A stretch of DNA of 64,000 nt from an uncultured candidate division Zixibacteria bacterium (GCA_963735035.1 CAVTJJ010000006.1:639700-703699); one strand, 5' to 3'; shown: positions 29,254 to 39,941, counted from the first letter of the stretch. Notes: generated by a model not told the origin, from the sequence alone. Made by a program: numbers and translations.

Positions 29254-29489
29254 TCCATGGCCGATCTCTCAAGTTGAAGAATAACTCTATAATAGTTATT
29301 CGGCACTCACTGGATAGACCTTGAATCACCGGTTGGGCCTCGGAGTGGGGGCATGTCGAGGGAGGTAAAGAACCCGGGCTACAATGGCCGCTGGAATGGG
29401 CTACTTTCGAAGCTGGCGCGTCCTATAATATATATTATGTTTACTCATACAACCGCAAACCATTGTCTTCGATCGCTCGAAACCGCCCC

Positions 29490-31991
29490 TTACCCTTTGA
29501 CCACAATACTCAGCAGTCTTCCCGGCACATAGATCTTCTTAACGATCTGTTTGTCGGCCGTATGAGCCTTCACCCTTGGATCGCCAAAGGCCGCTTCGAA
29601 AGCAGTCGCCTCATCACAGCCGACCGGAACCATGACCGAACCGCGCAGCTTGCCGTTGATTTGAACTGCAATTTCGACCGAATCACCGACTACCGCCGCC
29701 TGATCGTATTTGGGCCATGCCGATTTGAAGATCGATTCGTTGAATCCGGCCAGTTGCCAGACTTCTTCAGCCAGATGCGGCGCCAGCGGCGCGATCGCCT
29801 GAATCGTCTTGAGAATTATCTGATCGTTCAATTCGTCGTTCTTGATCTGATCCGCCTGGTAATCCCGGACCAATTCCATGAGCGCCGCAATGGCCGTATT
29901 GAACTGCAATCGCTCGAAACTGTCATCGACTCGTTTAAGCGTCTGGTTCAACTTGATATAGATATTGCGCTCAGCCTCGGTCAATTCGGCGGTCTTAAAG
30001 TATCGCTTTAAGTCGACCTGAGCTCCCCGCAAATGCGAAACCATGGGGTAGAGCTTGCCCGTTACGAACTTGTGCGGGCCTGTCAGGAACTCCTCGGTAT
30101 TCCAGGCGACCGGTTTCTCCGATGGACCTACGAAAAACATCGCCAGCCGGGAGACATCCACCCCGTAATTGGCCATCAACTCAATCGGGGAGACGACATT
30201 GCCGCGCGATTTAGACATAACCTGGCCCTGTGAGTCCGAAACCATCCCGTGGTTAAACAGGCGCAGGGCAGGCTCTTCGCAATTCAACCAGCCGATGTCG
30301 TGCAGGAACTTCGTGAAGAACCGGAAATATATAAGGTGTCCGGTAGCGTGGGTGATTCCACCAATGTATAGATCGATCGGCATCCACCGGTTGGCTTTCT
30401 CACGGCTGTACGGTTCCCGGTCGTTAGTCGGGTCGAGATACCGCAGGAAGTACCAGGACGAGCAAACAAACGTATCCTGAGTGTCCGGATCCCGCTCGGC
30501 CTCTCCCCCGCACTTAGGGCATTTTACCTTCACGTACGAAGCAACGTCGGCCAGAGGCGACCGCCCTTTGGGCATGTAATTCTCGACATCCGGCAGAAGC
30601 ACCGGCAGGTCGGCTTCGTCAACCGGCACCTCGCCGCATTTCTGGCAATGGATGATCGGAATCGGACAACCCCAATAGCGCTGGCGTGAGATCGACCAGT
30701 CCTTGAGCTTGTAATTGACTTTGCGACGGCCGATCTGCTTTTGCTCGGCGTAATCACTGACTGAGGCAATCGCCTTGTCGCCCGAGAGGCCATTGAATCG
30801 GTCGGAATTGACCATCGGCCCGTAATCAACGTAGGCTTGATCCATATGTGCAGCATCCAGAGTCGTTTGCGTGTCGGAATGAATCACCACCCGAATCGGG
30901 ATGCCGTATTTCTTTGCGAAAGCGAAATCGCGAGTGTCGTGCGCCGGAACCGCCATGACCGCGCCGGTGCCATAGCCTGCAAGAACGTAATCGGCCACCC
31001 AGAGTTGTACTCGCTCACCGTTGAACGGGTTAATGGCATACTTCCCGGTGAAGATGCCGTCTTTGTCGTCGGTCTGAGCGGCTCGTTCAATATCAGTTCG
31101 AGCGGCGGTCTTCTTCTGATATTCCACAACTTTCGCCGCGAACTCCGGCGTCATTTTCAAATGAGACAGAATTTCCGACTCGGGCGAAATCGCCATGAAT
31201 GTCACACCATAGATAGTATCCGGGCGGGTAGTGAAAATCGGCAGCTTCTCGCCCGTATCTTCAATAGTGAAATCAACTTCGAGGCCGTGCGAACGGCCGA
31301 TCCACTCCCGCTGCATCGCCTTGACATTGTCCGGCCAGCCGGGGAGTTTGTCCAGGTCGTCAATCAGACGGTCGGCATAGTCGGTAATCTTGAAGTACCA
31401 CTGGATTTGCTCTTTCTTCTCGACCAGAGTGTCGCACCGTTCGCAGCGACCGTTCACCACCTGTTCATTGGCCAGGACCGTCTTGTCTTCGGGACACCAG
31501 TTGACAAACCCGCGACGCCTATAGGCCAGCCCCTTCTTAAAGAGTTGGATGAACATCCACTGCGTAAACTTATAGTACTCAGGGTCGCACGAGGCCACTT
31601 CGCGGGACCAGTCGAATGACACACCCACTTTCTGTAGGGTGCTTCGGCTGACCGCAATGTTCTGTTTGGTCCATACGGCCGGGTGAATCCCGCGCTGGAT
31701 GGCGGCTCTCTCGGCTGGCAACCCGAACGCGTCCCAGCCAAACGGGTGCAGGACGGCATTACCTTTCATCATTTGCTGGCGCGCGACCGCGTCCCCGATG
31801 ATATAATTACGGAAATGGCCCATGTGGATGTCGCCGGACGGATAAGCGAACATTACCAGCATATAGAATTTGTTGGCAGGGTCCGGCAAGTCCGGAGCGC
31901 GGAATAGTTTCTGTTCCTCCCAGCGCTTCTGCCATTTTGCTTCGATCTCTGCGAAGTTGTATTCGGGAATCGTCATAACTTTCTGAGCCAT
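29490..31991 (-). CDS. leuS: Leucyl-tRNA synthetase
   Basis: HMGH, GWDAFGLPAE, editing domain FTTRPDT/GTGAVMAVPAHD, SRQRYWG, MSKS. Confidence 0.96.
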   Translation of the reverse strand: MAQKVMTIPEYNFAEIEAKWQKRWEEQKLFRAPDLPDPANKFYMLVMFAYPSGDIHMGHFRNYIIGDAVARQQMMKGNAVLHPFGWDAFGLPAERAAIQRGIHPAVWTKQNIAVSRSTLQKVGVSFDWSREVASCDPEYYKFTQWMFIQLFKKGLAYRRRGFVNWCPEDKTVLANEQVVNGRCERCDTLVEKKEQIQWYFKITDYADRLIDDLDKLPGWPDNVKAMQREWIGRSHGLEVDFTIEDTGEKLPIFTTRPDTIYGVTFMAISPESEILSHLKMTPEFAAKVVEYQKKTAARTDIERAAQTDDKDGIFTGKYAINPFNGERVQLWVADYVLAGYGTGAVMAVPAHDTRDFAFAKKYGIPIRVVIHSDTQTTLDAAHMDQAYVDYGPMVNSDRFNGLSGDKAIASVSDYAEQKQIGRRKVNYKLKDWSISRQRYWGCPIPIIHCQKCGEVPVDEADLPVLLPDVENYMPKGRSPLADVASYVKVKCPKCGGEAERDPDTQDTFVCSSWYFLRYLDPTNDREPYSREKANRWMPIDLYIGGITHATGHLIYFRFFTKFLHDIGWLNCEEPALRLFNHGMVSDSQGQVMSKSRGNVVSPIELMANYGVDVSRLAMFFVGPSEKPVAWNTEEFLTGPHKFVTGKLYPMVSHLRGAQVDLKRYFKTAELTEAERNIYIKLNQTLKRVDDSFERLQFNTAIAALMELVRDYQADQIKNDELNDQIILKTIQAIAPLAPHLAEEVWQLAGFNESIFKSAWPKYDQAAVVGDSVEIAVQINGKLRGSVMVPVGCDEATAFEAAFGDPRVKAHTADKQIVKKIYVPGRLLSIVVKG

Positions 31992-32023
31992 AATACTATG
32001 TCCTGCCAGTAATTAATGGCCGG

Positions 32024-32052
32024 ATAGTATTATGTTATCGACGCTTTGGCAA
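32024..32052 (-). promoter_or_regulatory. Putative leuS promoter
   Basis: Minus strand TTGCCA-N17-TACTAT. Confidence 0.55.
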
Positions 32053-32082
32053 CTGATTTCAATCTGACCCAGATTGGGGCAA

Positions 32083-32835
32083 TCAGCCGCGAATCCGGTT
32101 CAGCCAGACCGTTCCACCGGACAGTAGACTGACTACGCGTGACTTGGCGCGTTCAATACATGCCATAGGCCCGTGGCCGAGCTTCGCGCTGACACTCATC
32201 GGTGTGTCGAAACCGTAAACCGGCACCCGTCCGCGAGACAGATCATCGTCTTCGGCTTTCGGGAATTCCATCGTATAGCCAAAGCGATATCCGGCTGCGG
32301 CGGCGGCATCGCGGACACGACGGTTCCATCGACCAAACGGGTAGCTTACCGTATCGACACTTTGTCCGGTCCAGTCCTGGAGTCTCTTGCGCGAATCAGA
32401 CAGTTCACGCTTCAACTCTAAGTTGTCGCAATTCGTGAGATCGCAATGAGAGGTGCCGTGTGATCCGAAGATAACCCCCTGGTCAGCCAGCTTCTTGATC
32501 TGATCTGGAGAGAGATGTCGGAACGCCCGAACAAAATGACTGTAGTCCCAATGATTAGACTGGCCGGCAAGGTCAGTCGGAACAAAGACAATGGGACGAA
32601 AATGATGACTTTGCATCAGCTCCGGCAGATGATCAACCAGATGCTCGTAGCCGTCGTCGAAGCCAAACTGGAGTGCCCCTCTCCCCTCCTCGCCAAATTT
32701 CGATCCACCTGCTGTCAGAGACCGCAGGAGCGAATAGAATCTCCCCGGCGAATAATTCGTAACACCAAATGTAAAATCGGAAGTCAGCTTGTGGAAAACG
32801 AGCATGGTCGGACGAGTATCAGGAACACCCGGCAT
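32083..32835 (-). CDS. Polysaccharide deacetylase (CE4)
   Basis: FDDGY, GSHGTSH and SYPFG motifs. Confidence 0.85.
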   Translation of the reverse strand: MPGVPDTRPTMLVFHKLTSDFTFGVTNYSPGRFYSLLRSLTAGGSKFGEEGRGALQFGFDDGYEHLVDHLPELMQSHHFRPIVFVPTDLAGQSNHWDYSHFVRAFRHLSPDQIKKLADQGVIFGSHGTSHCDLTNCDNLELKRELSDSRKRLQDWTGQSVDTVSYPFGRWNRRVRDAAAAAGYRFGYTMEFPKAEDDDLSRGRVPVYGFDTPMSVSAKLGHGPMACIERAKSRVVSLLSGGTVWLNRIRG

Positions 32836-32850
32836 AACCCGGCCTCGCGT

Positions 32851-34149
32851 CTATCCAATTCCGGCAAAATGCGACGGATCAGACGGTCCCAGAGCGACCA
32901 GTGTGATCCGTGATTCGTCCAGCACCAACTTGGCCACCCGTTGGATGTCGGCCGCCTTCACGCGATCCAAATCGCGGAGCTGCTCGTTTATCGATTGATA
33001 CCTTCCGAGCAACAGTTCCAGACGGCCCAAACGATGCATGTGCGAGCTGGTTGATTCCATCGACAGGGTAATGTGACCCTTGACTTGCGCACGGACATCG
33101 TCAATTGCCGTTTGCGAAAGCGGGCGTTTCTTGACTTTACCGAACTCCGCCATTATGACATCGTAAGCCTTGCGCAAGTGCTTTCGGTCGGTACCAAGAT
33201 AAACCTCGAACACACCGGTATCGGTGAACGAGTCATGGTAGGCGAAGACCGAATACGCCAATCCACGGTCCTCGCGTATCTTCTGAAACAGCACCGATGA
33301 CATCCCGCCGCCCAGATACGACGACAACAAGATCATAGCCATCCGATCGGGGTGTTTGAACGGAATGCCGGGAAAGCCAATGCAGAACTGGGTCTGGGAG
33401 TTGTCTTCAGGCCTAAAGCAGATGTGTGGTCCTGGGCGCGCTTCAACCGGCAACGGCGCCGGAGCTTCGCCATCGGGAAGATGAAGCTTCTTGCGTATAA
33501 GCCCGACCAGCTTCTCGTGAGAAAGCGAACCGGAGGCTGTCACGACGACCGATCCCGTGCGGTAATGGCGTTCCCGATAATTCTTAAGCACCGGGCGCGT
33601 TACCGATTTGATCGTCTTCTGCGTCCCCATCACCGGGCGTCCTATCGGATGTCCGCCAAAATGGGTTTCAGCAAACAAATCGTGAACGTAGTCGGTTGGG
33701 TCGTCCAGCGATTCCTTGATCTCTTCGCAGATGACCTGGCGCTCGCGATCCATGTGAATCTGAGTCAGGGTCGGATTGCAGACGAGATCGGTGACAACGT
33801 CGACCGCCTGAACCAGGTGTTCGTCGAGGACGCGGGCCGTGAAACAGGTGTGTTCGCGGGTAGTGAAGGCGTTCAAAGAGCCGCCCAGTGATTCCAGCGA
33901 CTCGGCGATTTGCTTCACATTGCGATTGCGGGTACCTTTGAAGACCAGATGCTCGAGAAAATGCGAAAGCCCACTCTCCCGCGCATCTTCGCAGCGAGAG
34001 CCGACATTGACCCACACGCCGAGGGAAATAGAACGAACTCCGGGGATTCGTTCGGTGATCACCCGGAGTCCGTTTTTCAAAACAGTCTTGCGATAGACGC
34101 CGCTGTCGTGTCGGCGCGCTGAGGTCCTTCTCACGCTGGGTCCTGACAT
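32851..34149 (-). CDS. M16 family zinc peptidase (MlpA/processing protease-like)
   Basis: HFLEH inverted zinc motif, LNAFT, LFQKIREDRGLAYSV. Confidence 0.92.
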   Translation of the reverse strand: MSGPSVRRTSARRHDSGVYRKTVLKNGLRVITERIPGVRSISLGVWVNVGSRCEDARESGLSHFLEHLVFKGTRNRNVKQIAESLESLGGSLNAFTTREHTCFTARVLDEHLVQAVDVVTDLVCNPTLTQIHMDRERQVICEEIKESLDDPTDYVHDLFAETHFGGHPIGRPVMGTQKTIKSVTRPVLKNYRERHYRTGSVVVTASGSLSHEKLVGLIRKKLHLPDGEAPAPLPVEARPGPHICFRPEDNSQTQFCIGFPGIPFKHPDRMAMILLSSYLGGGMSSVLFQKIREDRGLAYSVFAYHDSFTDTGVFEVYLGTDRKHLRKAYDVIMAEFGKVKKRPLSQTAIDDVRAQVKGHITLSMESTSSHMHRLGRLELLLGRYQSINEQLRDLDRVKAADIQRVAKLVLDESRITLVALGPSDPSHFAGIG

Positions 34150-34158
34150 TATTTCGCC

Positions 34159-36318
34159 CTACCGGCGAGACCTCTGTCTTGGACGGGGGCCGCCAGGACC
34201 AGCTCGGCGCGGCGGGGGCGGCATCGGCGGACGATCCTGCCCACCTTCGAGCAGAACGCGACGGGACAGACGGACACGGCCATCAGGTTCGATATTGATG
34301 ACCTTGACTTCCATCCGATCACCCACGTTGCAGATGTCTTCGACCCGGTTGACACGCTCGACTGCCAGCTCGGAGATGTGAACCAGACCATCAGTGCCGG
34401 GGATGATCTCGACGAAGGCCCCGAAATCGGTCACGCGGCGGACGATGCCGTTGTAGACCCGGTCCATTTCCGGTTCTTCCACGAGCGCTTCGACCCGTGC
34501 CAGAGCAGCCTTGCCGGCTTCGCCGTCGACCGACGAAATCAGCACGGTGCCATCATCTTCGATATCAATCTTGGCGCCGGTTTCTTCAACAATCGCCCGG
34601 ATGGTCTTGCCACCTGGGCCGATGACGTCGCCGATCTTGGACGGATTGATATGAATGGTAATGATTCGCGGTGCGTACTCGGACAGCTCCTCGCGGTGTT
34701 TCGATAGCGCGGCATTCATGATACCCAGAATGTGCAGGCGGGCGTCGCGAGCACGCGACAAAGCCTGACGCATGATCTCAATATCAAGTCCGGCGATTTT
34801 GATGTCCATCTGGATCGAGGTGATACCGTCATTCGTGCCGGCAACCTTGAAATCCATATCTCCAAAATGATCTTCGTCACCGAGGATGTCGGTGAGAATA
34901 ATCACTTTGTCGTTTTCCTTGATCAAACCCATGGCAATTCCGGCCACGGCCGTTTTGGTTGGCACACCGGCGTCCATCAGAGCCAGCGACCCACCGCACA
35001 CGGAAGCCATCGACGAGGAGCCGTTGGATTCCATCACATCGGAAACCACGCGAACCGTATACGGGAAGCTGGTTTCCTGCGGGATGACCGGCTGCAGGGC
35101 GCGTTCGGCCAAAGCCCCGTGACCAACCTCGCGGCGACTGGTGCCGCGGATCGGTTTCGTCTCGCCGGTACAGAACGGCGGGAAATTGTAGTGCAGCATG
35201 TAGCTCTTGGTGGATTCGCCCTCGAGTTCGTCGAGCCGCTGCTCGTCCATCTTGGTACCGAGTGTGACCGTCGCCAGTGCCTGAGTCTGACCGCGCGTAA
35301 AGAGCGCCGAGCCGTGAGCGCGCGGCAGAATGCCGGTCTCGCAGGTAATCGGACGAACTTCATCCATCCGGCGGTTGTCGATGCGTCGATTCTCCTTGAG
35401 AATCATGTCGCGCATCGTCTGAGCGTCGATTCCCTCAAGGATAGCGGCAATAGCACCGCCGCTGTCCGGGAATTCTTCCGCGAGCGATTCGACAAGTCCC
35501 TTCCGGAAGCTCTTCTTGGCCTTGTTGCGCTTTTCCTTGTCGGGTTCGTTATTGAACTCCGCCAGTTTGGAAGCTGCCTGGGCGGTGACTTTCGCCACCA
35601 GCTCTTTGATCGGGGCCACCGGCGTATAGATGAACTTAGCCTTGCCGCAGATAGACTTTAGTTCTTCGATCTTGGCGATGATCTGCTTGATGTATTCATG
35701 ACCGAATTGCAGCGCCCCGATGATGTCGTCTTCGGAGGTTTCGCTCGCACTGCCTTCGACCATGGCGATGCTGTCCGCGGTCCCGACCATGGTGATGAGC
35801 ATATCGCTCTGGTCATAGGTGTCGATCTGCGGATTGATCACATACTGGCCGTCGATACGACCTACTTTAACGGCGGCAACGGTCTTCTTGATCGGCACGT
35901 CCGAGATGGCGATAGCCGCGGAAGTTCCGGTGACGGCAAGAATGTCGGTGTCGTTCTTCTGATCGTGACTGACCACGAACGTAATGCACTGCGTCTCACC
36001 CTTGAAATCATCCGGGAACAGCGGCCGCAGCGGGCGGTCGATCATGCGGGCGCAGAGAATTTCTTTCTCCGAAGGCCGGGCTTCACGCTTGAAAAATCCG
36101 CCCGGGATCTTGCCGGCGGCGTAGGTTTTCTCGCGGTACTCGACGGTCAGCGGGAAGAAGTCCTGCCCCATCTTGGGTTCGGTTTCGGCGCAGACGGTGC
36201 ATATCACCATCGAATCGGCGTACCGAACCGTGACGGCGCCGTTGCTCTGTTTGGCCATTTTGCCGGTCTCGATCACGAGCGTACGGCCGCCAATTTCCAA
36301 TTCTACCTTGTGTATCAT
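34159..36318 (-). CDS. pnp: Polyribonucleotide nucleotidyltransferase
   Basis: [39 protein letters not shown] and S1 domains. Confidence 0.97.
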   Translation of the reverse strand: MIHKVELEIGGRTLVIETGKMAKQSNGAVTVRYADSMVICTVCAETEPKMGQDFFPLTVEYREKTYAAGKIPGGFFKREARPSEKEILCARMIDRPLRPLFPDDFKGETQCITFVVSHDQKNDTDILAVTGTSAAIAISDVPIKKTVAAVKVGRIDGQYVINPQIDTYDQSDMLITMVGTADSIAMVEGSASETSEDDIIGALQFGHEYIKQIIAKIEELKSICGKAKFIYTPVAPIKELVAKVTAQAASKLAEFNNEPDKEKRNKAKKSFRKGLVESLAEEFPDSGGAIAAILEGIDAQTMRDMILKENRRIDNRRMDEVRPITCETGILPRAHGSALFTRGQTQALATVTLGTKMDEQRLDELEGESTKSYMLHYNFPPFCTGETKPIRGTSRREVGHGALAERALQPVIPQETSFPYTVRVVSDVMESNGSSSMASVCGGSLALMDAGVPTKTAVAGIAMGLIKENDKVIILTDILGDEDHFGDMDFKVAGTNDGITSIQMDIKIAGLDIEIMRQALSRARDARLHILGIMNAALSKHREELSEYAPRIITIHINPSKIGDVIGPGGKTIRAIVEETGAKIDIEDDGTVLISSVDGEAGKAALARVEALVEEPEMDRVYNGIVRRVTDFGAFVEIIPGTDGLVHISELAVERVNRVEDICNVGDRMEVKVINIEPDGRVRLSRRVLLEGGQDRPPMPPPPRRAGPGGPRPRQRSRR

Positions 36319-36338
36319 TACACTCCTAGTTCCATGTT

Positions 36339-36614
36339 CTATCGTCTGAGACCCAGACGATCAATTACCTCGCGATAGCTGGCAATATCCCTATCCTTGA
36401 GATAATCCAGCATACGGCGACGTTTTCCTACCAACTTAAGCAGGCCGTGACGGGTGTGAAAATCCTTGAGATGCGTTTTCATGTGCTCCGTCAAATGATC
36501 GATGCGCTCCGAAAACAACGCGATCTGCACTTCCGGCGAACCGGTGTCGCCCTCATGCAATTGGTGCTGCGTAACGATCTGAGCCGCTTTTTCTTTAGGG
36601 ATGCCTATCGACAT
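36339..36614 (-). CDS. rpsO: 30S ribosomal protein S15
   Basis: DTGSPEVQIAL, HLKDFH...GLLKLVGKRRR. Confidence 0.97.
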   Translation of the reverse strand: MSIGIPKEKAAQIVTQHQLHEGDTGSPEVQIALFSERIDHLTEHMKTHLKDFHTRHGLLKLVGKRRRMLDYLKDRDIASYREVIDRLGLRR

Positions 36615-37561
36615 GTCCTTTCTCCTTGTTTCTCTAAAATATCCAGAATGTTCTTTTTGTCTTGTTCAATCTGAGCCACCAGAGCCTCAGAATTCGGGAA
36701 GCGGCGATTCGCCCGCACGTAGTCGATCGGGTAAACCACCATCTCTTCTCCGTATATTTCTCTATCAAAATCGAACAGATTCACTTCCACCGTCAACCGG
36801 GCGACCGGATTGAAGTGATTCTGCCCGACAAACATCATGCCCGGTCGTTCATCGCCGCCAACTTTCGCCCAGCAGGCATAAACGCCTTCGGGGGGCAATA
36901 GCTTCAGTGGGCTGTAGCCCACATTGGCGGTCGGGTAGCCGAGCTTCTTGCCGAGTCCAATCCCGCGCTCAATCACGCCGAAAATGGCGTAGTCGTGGCC
37001 GAGCTGACCCACCGCTGCGTCGTATCGACCGTGTGTCAGAGCTTGACGGATTCGGGTCGATGATATCGGGGCGTCGTTCCAAATAACGGGCTTCACGACT
37101 TCAAGTCCAAAGCCTAATTCGCGACCTATTCGTTCAAGCGATTCGGTATTGCCACTTCGATCTTTTCCCAGACCGTGATCGTATCCAACAACGAGTTGTT
37201 TCACTCCGACCAGGTCGACTAATACTTGCCTGACAAACTGTTCGGCAGTCAAATTACGTATGGACTCGTCAAACTTGATAACCAACACTGTACCTTCGAA
37301 GAAACAGGGGACAAACATCCGCTTCTCTTCGATGGTAGTCAGGAGCATCGGGACTTCGGAAGGTGTTACAACGGTGCGCGGGTGCGGATCGAAAGTAATC
37401 AAAACCGGAGTGAGATTGTCTGATTGTGCGACTTCTTTGACGCGTCTGAATATCTCCTGATGACCGCGATGAATACCATCAAACGTGCCAAGGGTCACGA
37501 CTGACGACCCCGCAGGCAGCTTGGCGAAATTCTCCAAACCGTACACGAAAGTGGTCTTCAT
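36605..37561 (-). CDS. ribF: Bifunctional riboflavin kinase/FAD synthetase
   Basis: GTFDGIHRGH, TFDPHP, ISSTRIR, LGYPTAN. Confidence 0.95.
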   Translation of the reverse strand: MKTTFVYGLENFAKLPAGSSVVTLGTFDGIHRGHQEIFRRVKEVAQSDNLTPVLITFDPHPRTVVTPSEVPMLLTTIEEKRMFVPCFFEGTVLVIKFDESIRNLTAEQFVRQVLVDLVGVKQLVVGYDHGLGKDRSGNTESLERIGRELGFGLEVVKPVIWNDAPISSTRIRQALTHGRYDAAVGQLGHDYAIFGVIERGIGLGKKLGYPTANVGYSPLKLLPPEGVYACWAKVGGDERPGMMFVGQNHFNPVARLTVEVNLFDFDREIYGEEMVVYPIDYVRANRRFPNSEALVAQIEQDKKNILDILEKQGERTCR

Positions 37562-38508
37562 GCCAGTACCCTTTCGTAGGTCAGGATTTCGCGTCGAGAA
37601 TCCGCCTTCAAGCCAGTGGATGCAATCGTCGCGGTCGCAATAGCCAGCAGCGAGCCGTGAGCATCTTTCAATAGCACGTGGTCACCCGACTGGAACTCGC
37701 CCTGAACTTCCGAAATATCCGAGGCGGTAGGACGGCGACCGAAATGTACGAGTGGGCCAAATTCACTGCCGACTGTCAGACAACTAAAGCCCAGGGCCTG
37801 ATCGATCGGAAGGACCACACTCGCCAGGTTATTCTCTGTCTTCAGCGTCTCAAGTTGCTCGACCGTATGAGCCTGTTCAAGGGCGAATCGACCGGTGCGG
37901 GTGCGAGTCAGTGATGACAAATACCCCCCGCAACCCAGGACTTTTCCCAGATCGTTGGCGAGACTTCGGATATAGGTGCCCTTACCGCAGGTGACTCGTA
38001 TTCGAAGTTTGCCATGGTCACACTCAAGTATGTCAATGGCGTCGATCCGAACCGTGCGCTCGGGCAGAGTTACTTCTTCGCCACGTCTAGATTTTTCATA
38101 TAGACGCTCGCCGTCAACATGCACTGCCGAAAAAGCCGGCACCTGCTGGGTAATCTCACCGATGAAACCCTGAAGCGCTGTTTCTATCGCAGTGCGATCG
38201 GGGAGTGACGCCATATCTATGACAGCCGTGGGTGACACACCTTCGCTGTCGTATGTAGTTGATTCCGCGCCAAACGTAATTTCCGCCAGGTATTCTTTAT
38301 CGAGATCGCTGAAGAATCGCGCCGCTTTGGTGCCCTGCCCTACGATGAGCAATAGGAGTCCGTCGGCGGCCGGATCCAGCGTGCCGGCATGCCCGACCCC
38401 GCGCTGGACGAGAATACGCCGCACCCGATCAACCGCATCGTGGCTGGTTATCCCCTTCGGCTTGTTCAAAAGCAGAAGGCCGTGGAATTTGTCCGGAGTG
38501 CGTCTCAC
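37558..38508 (-). CDS. truB: tRNA pseudouridine(55) synthase
   Basis: KPKGITSHD, GHAGTLDP and GTYIRSLA; GTG start after AGGAGG. Confidence 0.95.
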   Translation of the reverse strand: MRRTPDKFHGLLLLNKPKGITSHDAVDRVRRILVQRGVGHAGTLDPAADGLLLLIVGQGTKAARFFSDLDKEYLAEITFGAESTTYDSEGVSPTAVIDMASLPDRTAIETALQGFIGEITQQVPAFSAVHVDGERLYEKSRRGEEVTLPERTVRIDAIDILECDHGKLRIRVTCGKGTYIRSLANDLGKVLGCGGYLSSLTRTRTGRFALEQAHTVEQLETLKTENNLASVVLPIDQALGFSCLTVGSEFGPLVHFGRRPTASDISEVQGEFQSGDHVLLKDAHGSLLAIATATIASTGLKADSRREILTYERVLA

Positions 38509-39500
38509 AATACCTCCTGCAACTGCCGGACGATTTCCTGCTTGGCCTGCTCCAACGGTAGTTGTATTAGACAACCAGCCGCATTGGGGTGTCCACCACC
38601 ACCATAACGAGCAGCAATGGCAGCCACGTTCATACCGTTGCGCGAACGCAAGGAGACTTTGGTAGTTCCGTTCTCGAGTTCGCGACACAAGGCGCCCGCC
38701 TCGACACCGCGAGAGAAAATCGAGTAGTCAACCAGACCTTCGGTATTTACCACAGAGGCGCCGGTATCGGCCAGCATCTGAAGTGTCAGCGGCATTATAC
38801 AGATGCGACCGTCGGCGTAGTATTCGATGGCGCTGAGCACGCGGCCGGTCAGCTTGACCACGGCCGGGTCCATATCGAAATAGACGTGATCACAAATTGT
38901 ACGTGGATCAGCGCCGGCGCGAACCAATTCACCCGCAATAGCAAATGTGCGTGGAGTTGTGGAACCGAAGCGGAACCGGCCAGTATCCGTAAGAATGGCT
39001 GCATACAATTGAGTGGCTGTAGCCGGGTCCAGAACAAATCCAACCTGGGTGAAATATTCGAAGGCCATTTCACCGACCGACGATGCGGTCACATCCAGCC
39101 AAGAGACGGCCGCTTCCAAAGCGTTGTCGGGATGGTGATCGATATTAACGACTGACGTCTGCGGTCCAATAAAATTAGCGATCGAGCCTACCCGCCGGAG
39201 TTGCGGGCATTCGAGCACGAGCGCAACATCGAATGGTACAGAGGTATCGGCTTCCTCCGAACGGACAATCTTCTCTACGCCCGACAGGAACGAATACTTC
39301 GAGGGTATTTCCGAGTCACGAAGTAATACGCATTTCTTCCCCCGGCTCTCGAGATAATTGCCGAAGGCCAACTGCGTTCCGATAGCGTCGCCGTCGGGAT
39401 CGACATGGGAGACCACCAGGGGACGCCGAGAGTTCTCAAGCATCTCACGAATCCGCTCAATGCGGTCGATGGCGAGATTGTCACTCAGCCGGGTCGTCAC
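38505..39500 (-). CDS. nrnA: DHH/DHHA1 phosphoesterase (NrnA nanoRNase/pAp phosphatase)
   Basis: HVDPDGD, IDHH, TDTG.F, SLRS and GGGHPNAAG. Confidence 0.9.
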   Translation of the reverse strand: MTTRLSDNLAIDRIERIREMLENSRRPLVVSHVDPDGDAIGTQLAFGNYLESRGKKCVLLRDSEIPSKYSFLSGVEKIVRSEEADTSVPFDVALVLECPQLRRVGSIANFIGPQTSVVNIDHHPDNALEAAVSWLDVTASSVGEMAFEYFTQVGFVLDPATATQLYAAILTDTGRFRFGSTTPRTFAIAGELVRAGADPRTICDHVYFDMDPAVVKLTGRVLSAIEYYADGRICIMPLTLQMLADTGASVVNTEGLVDYSIFSRGVEAGALCRELENGTTKVSLRSRNGMNVAAIAARYGGGGHPNAAGCLIQLPLEQAKQEIVRQLQEVL

Positions 39501-39849
39501 GATGCTCCTTCTTGATCTCTTCCAGCAACTGCTCAATATGGGCGCCATACTCTACTGACGGATCGTACTTGAACGAAAACTCTGGGATGTGTCGCATGTG
39601 CAGGTTGCGACCGACCATCGACCGGATATGTCTGTTCTCGCGCATGAAAAATTGGTCTACCAGGGTCAGGTCTTCCGGGCGGCCCAGATATGAATAGAAA
39701 CACCGGGCGTATCTCAAATCGTCCGACAGCTTCACGTGGGTCAACGTCACCATACCGGGGACAAGACCCGAAAATTCGTTCTGAAGCAGGATCGAGATGT
39801 CGCGTTGTATCTGCACACCGAGTCTCTGTGATCTCTTGAATTGTCTCAT
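39481..39849 (-). CDS. rbfA: Ribosome-binding factor A
   Basis: VTLTHVKLSDDL.YA, MRHIPEF.F.YD.S. Confidence 0.93.
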   Translation of the reverse strand: MRQFKRSQRLGVQIQRDISILLQNEFSGLVPGMVTLTHVKLSDDLRYARCFYSYLGRPEDLTLVDQFFMRENRHIRSMVGRNLHMRHIPEFSFKYDPSVEYGAHIEQLLEEIKKEHRDDPAE

Positions 39850-39941
39850 CTGATTTTCCGCCTCTCCGGCCTTCACACCGCTCGCCGAACCGAAATCGGC
39901 CCGACGGCCCGCAAGATCGGGGCGGTTTGCCATCATCTCGG

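Noticed and set aside
34732..35661. Long antisense ORFs (309 aa opposite pnp; similar ones opposite infB, leuS, tex, acrB, mrcA and the TPR genes)
   Set aside because: Shadow ORFs expected from GC-rich codon bias opposite clearly real genes; no recognisable motifs
38509..38688. N-terminal extension of TruB in the ORF track (also those of RbfA, NrnA, TetR and the Big_5 protein)
   Set aside because: Overlaps upstream genes or promoters; downstream starts have a better RBS or stop-start coupling
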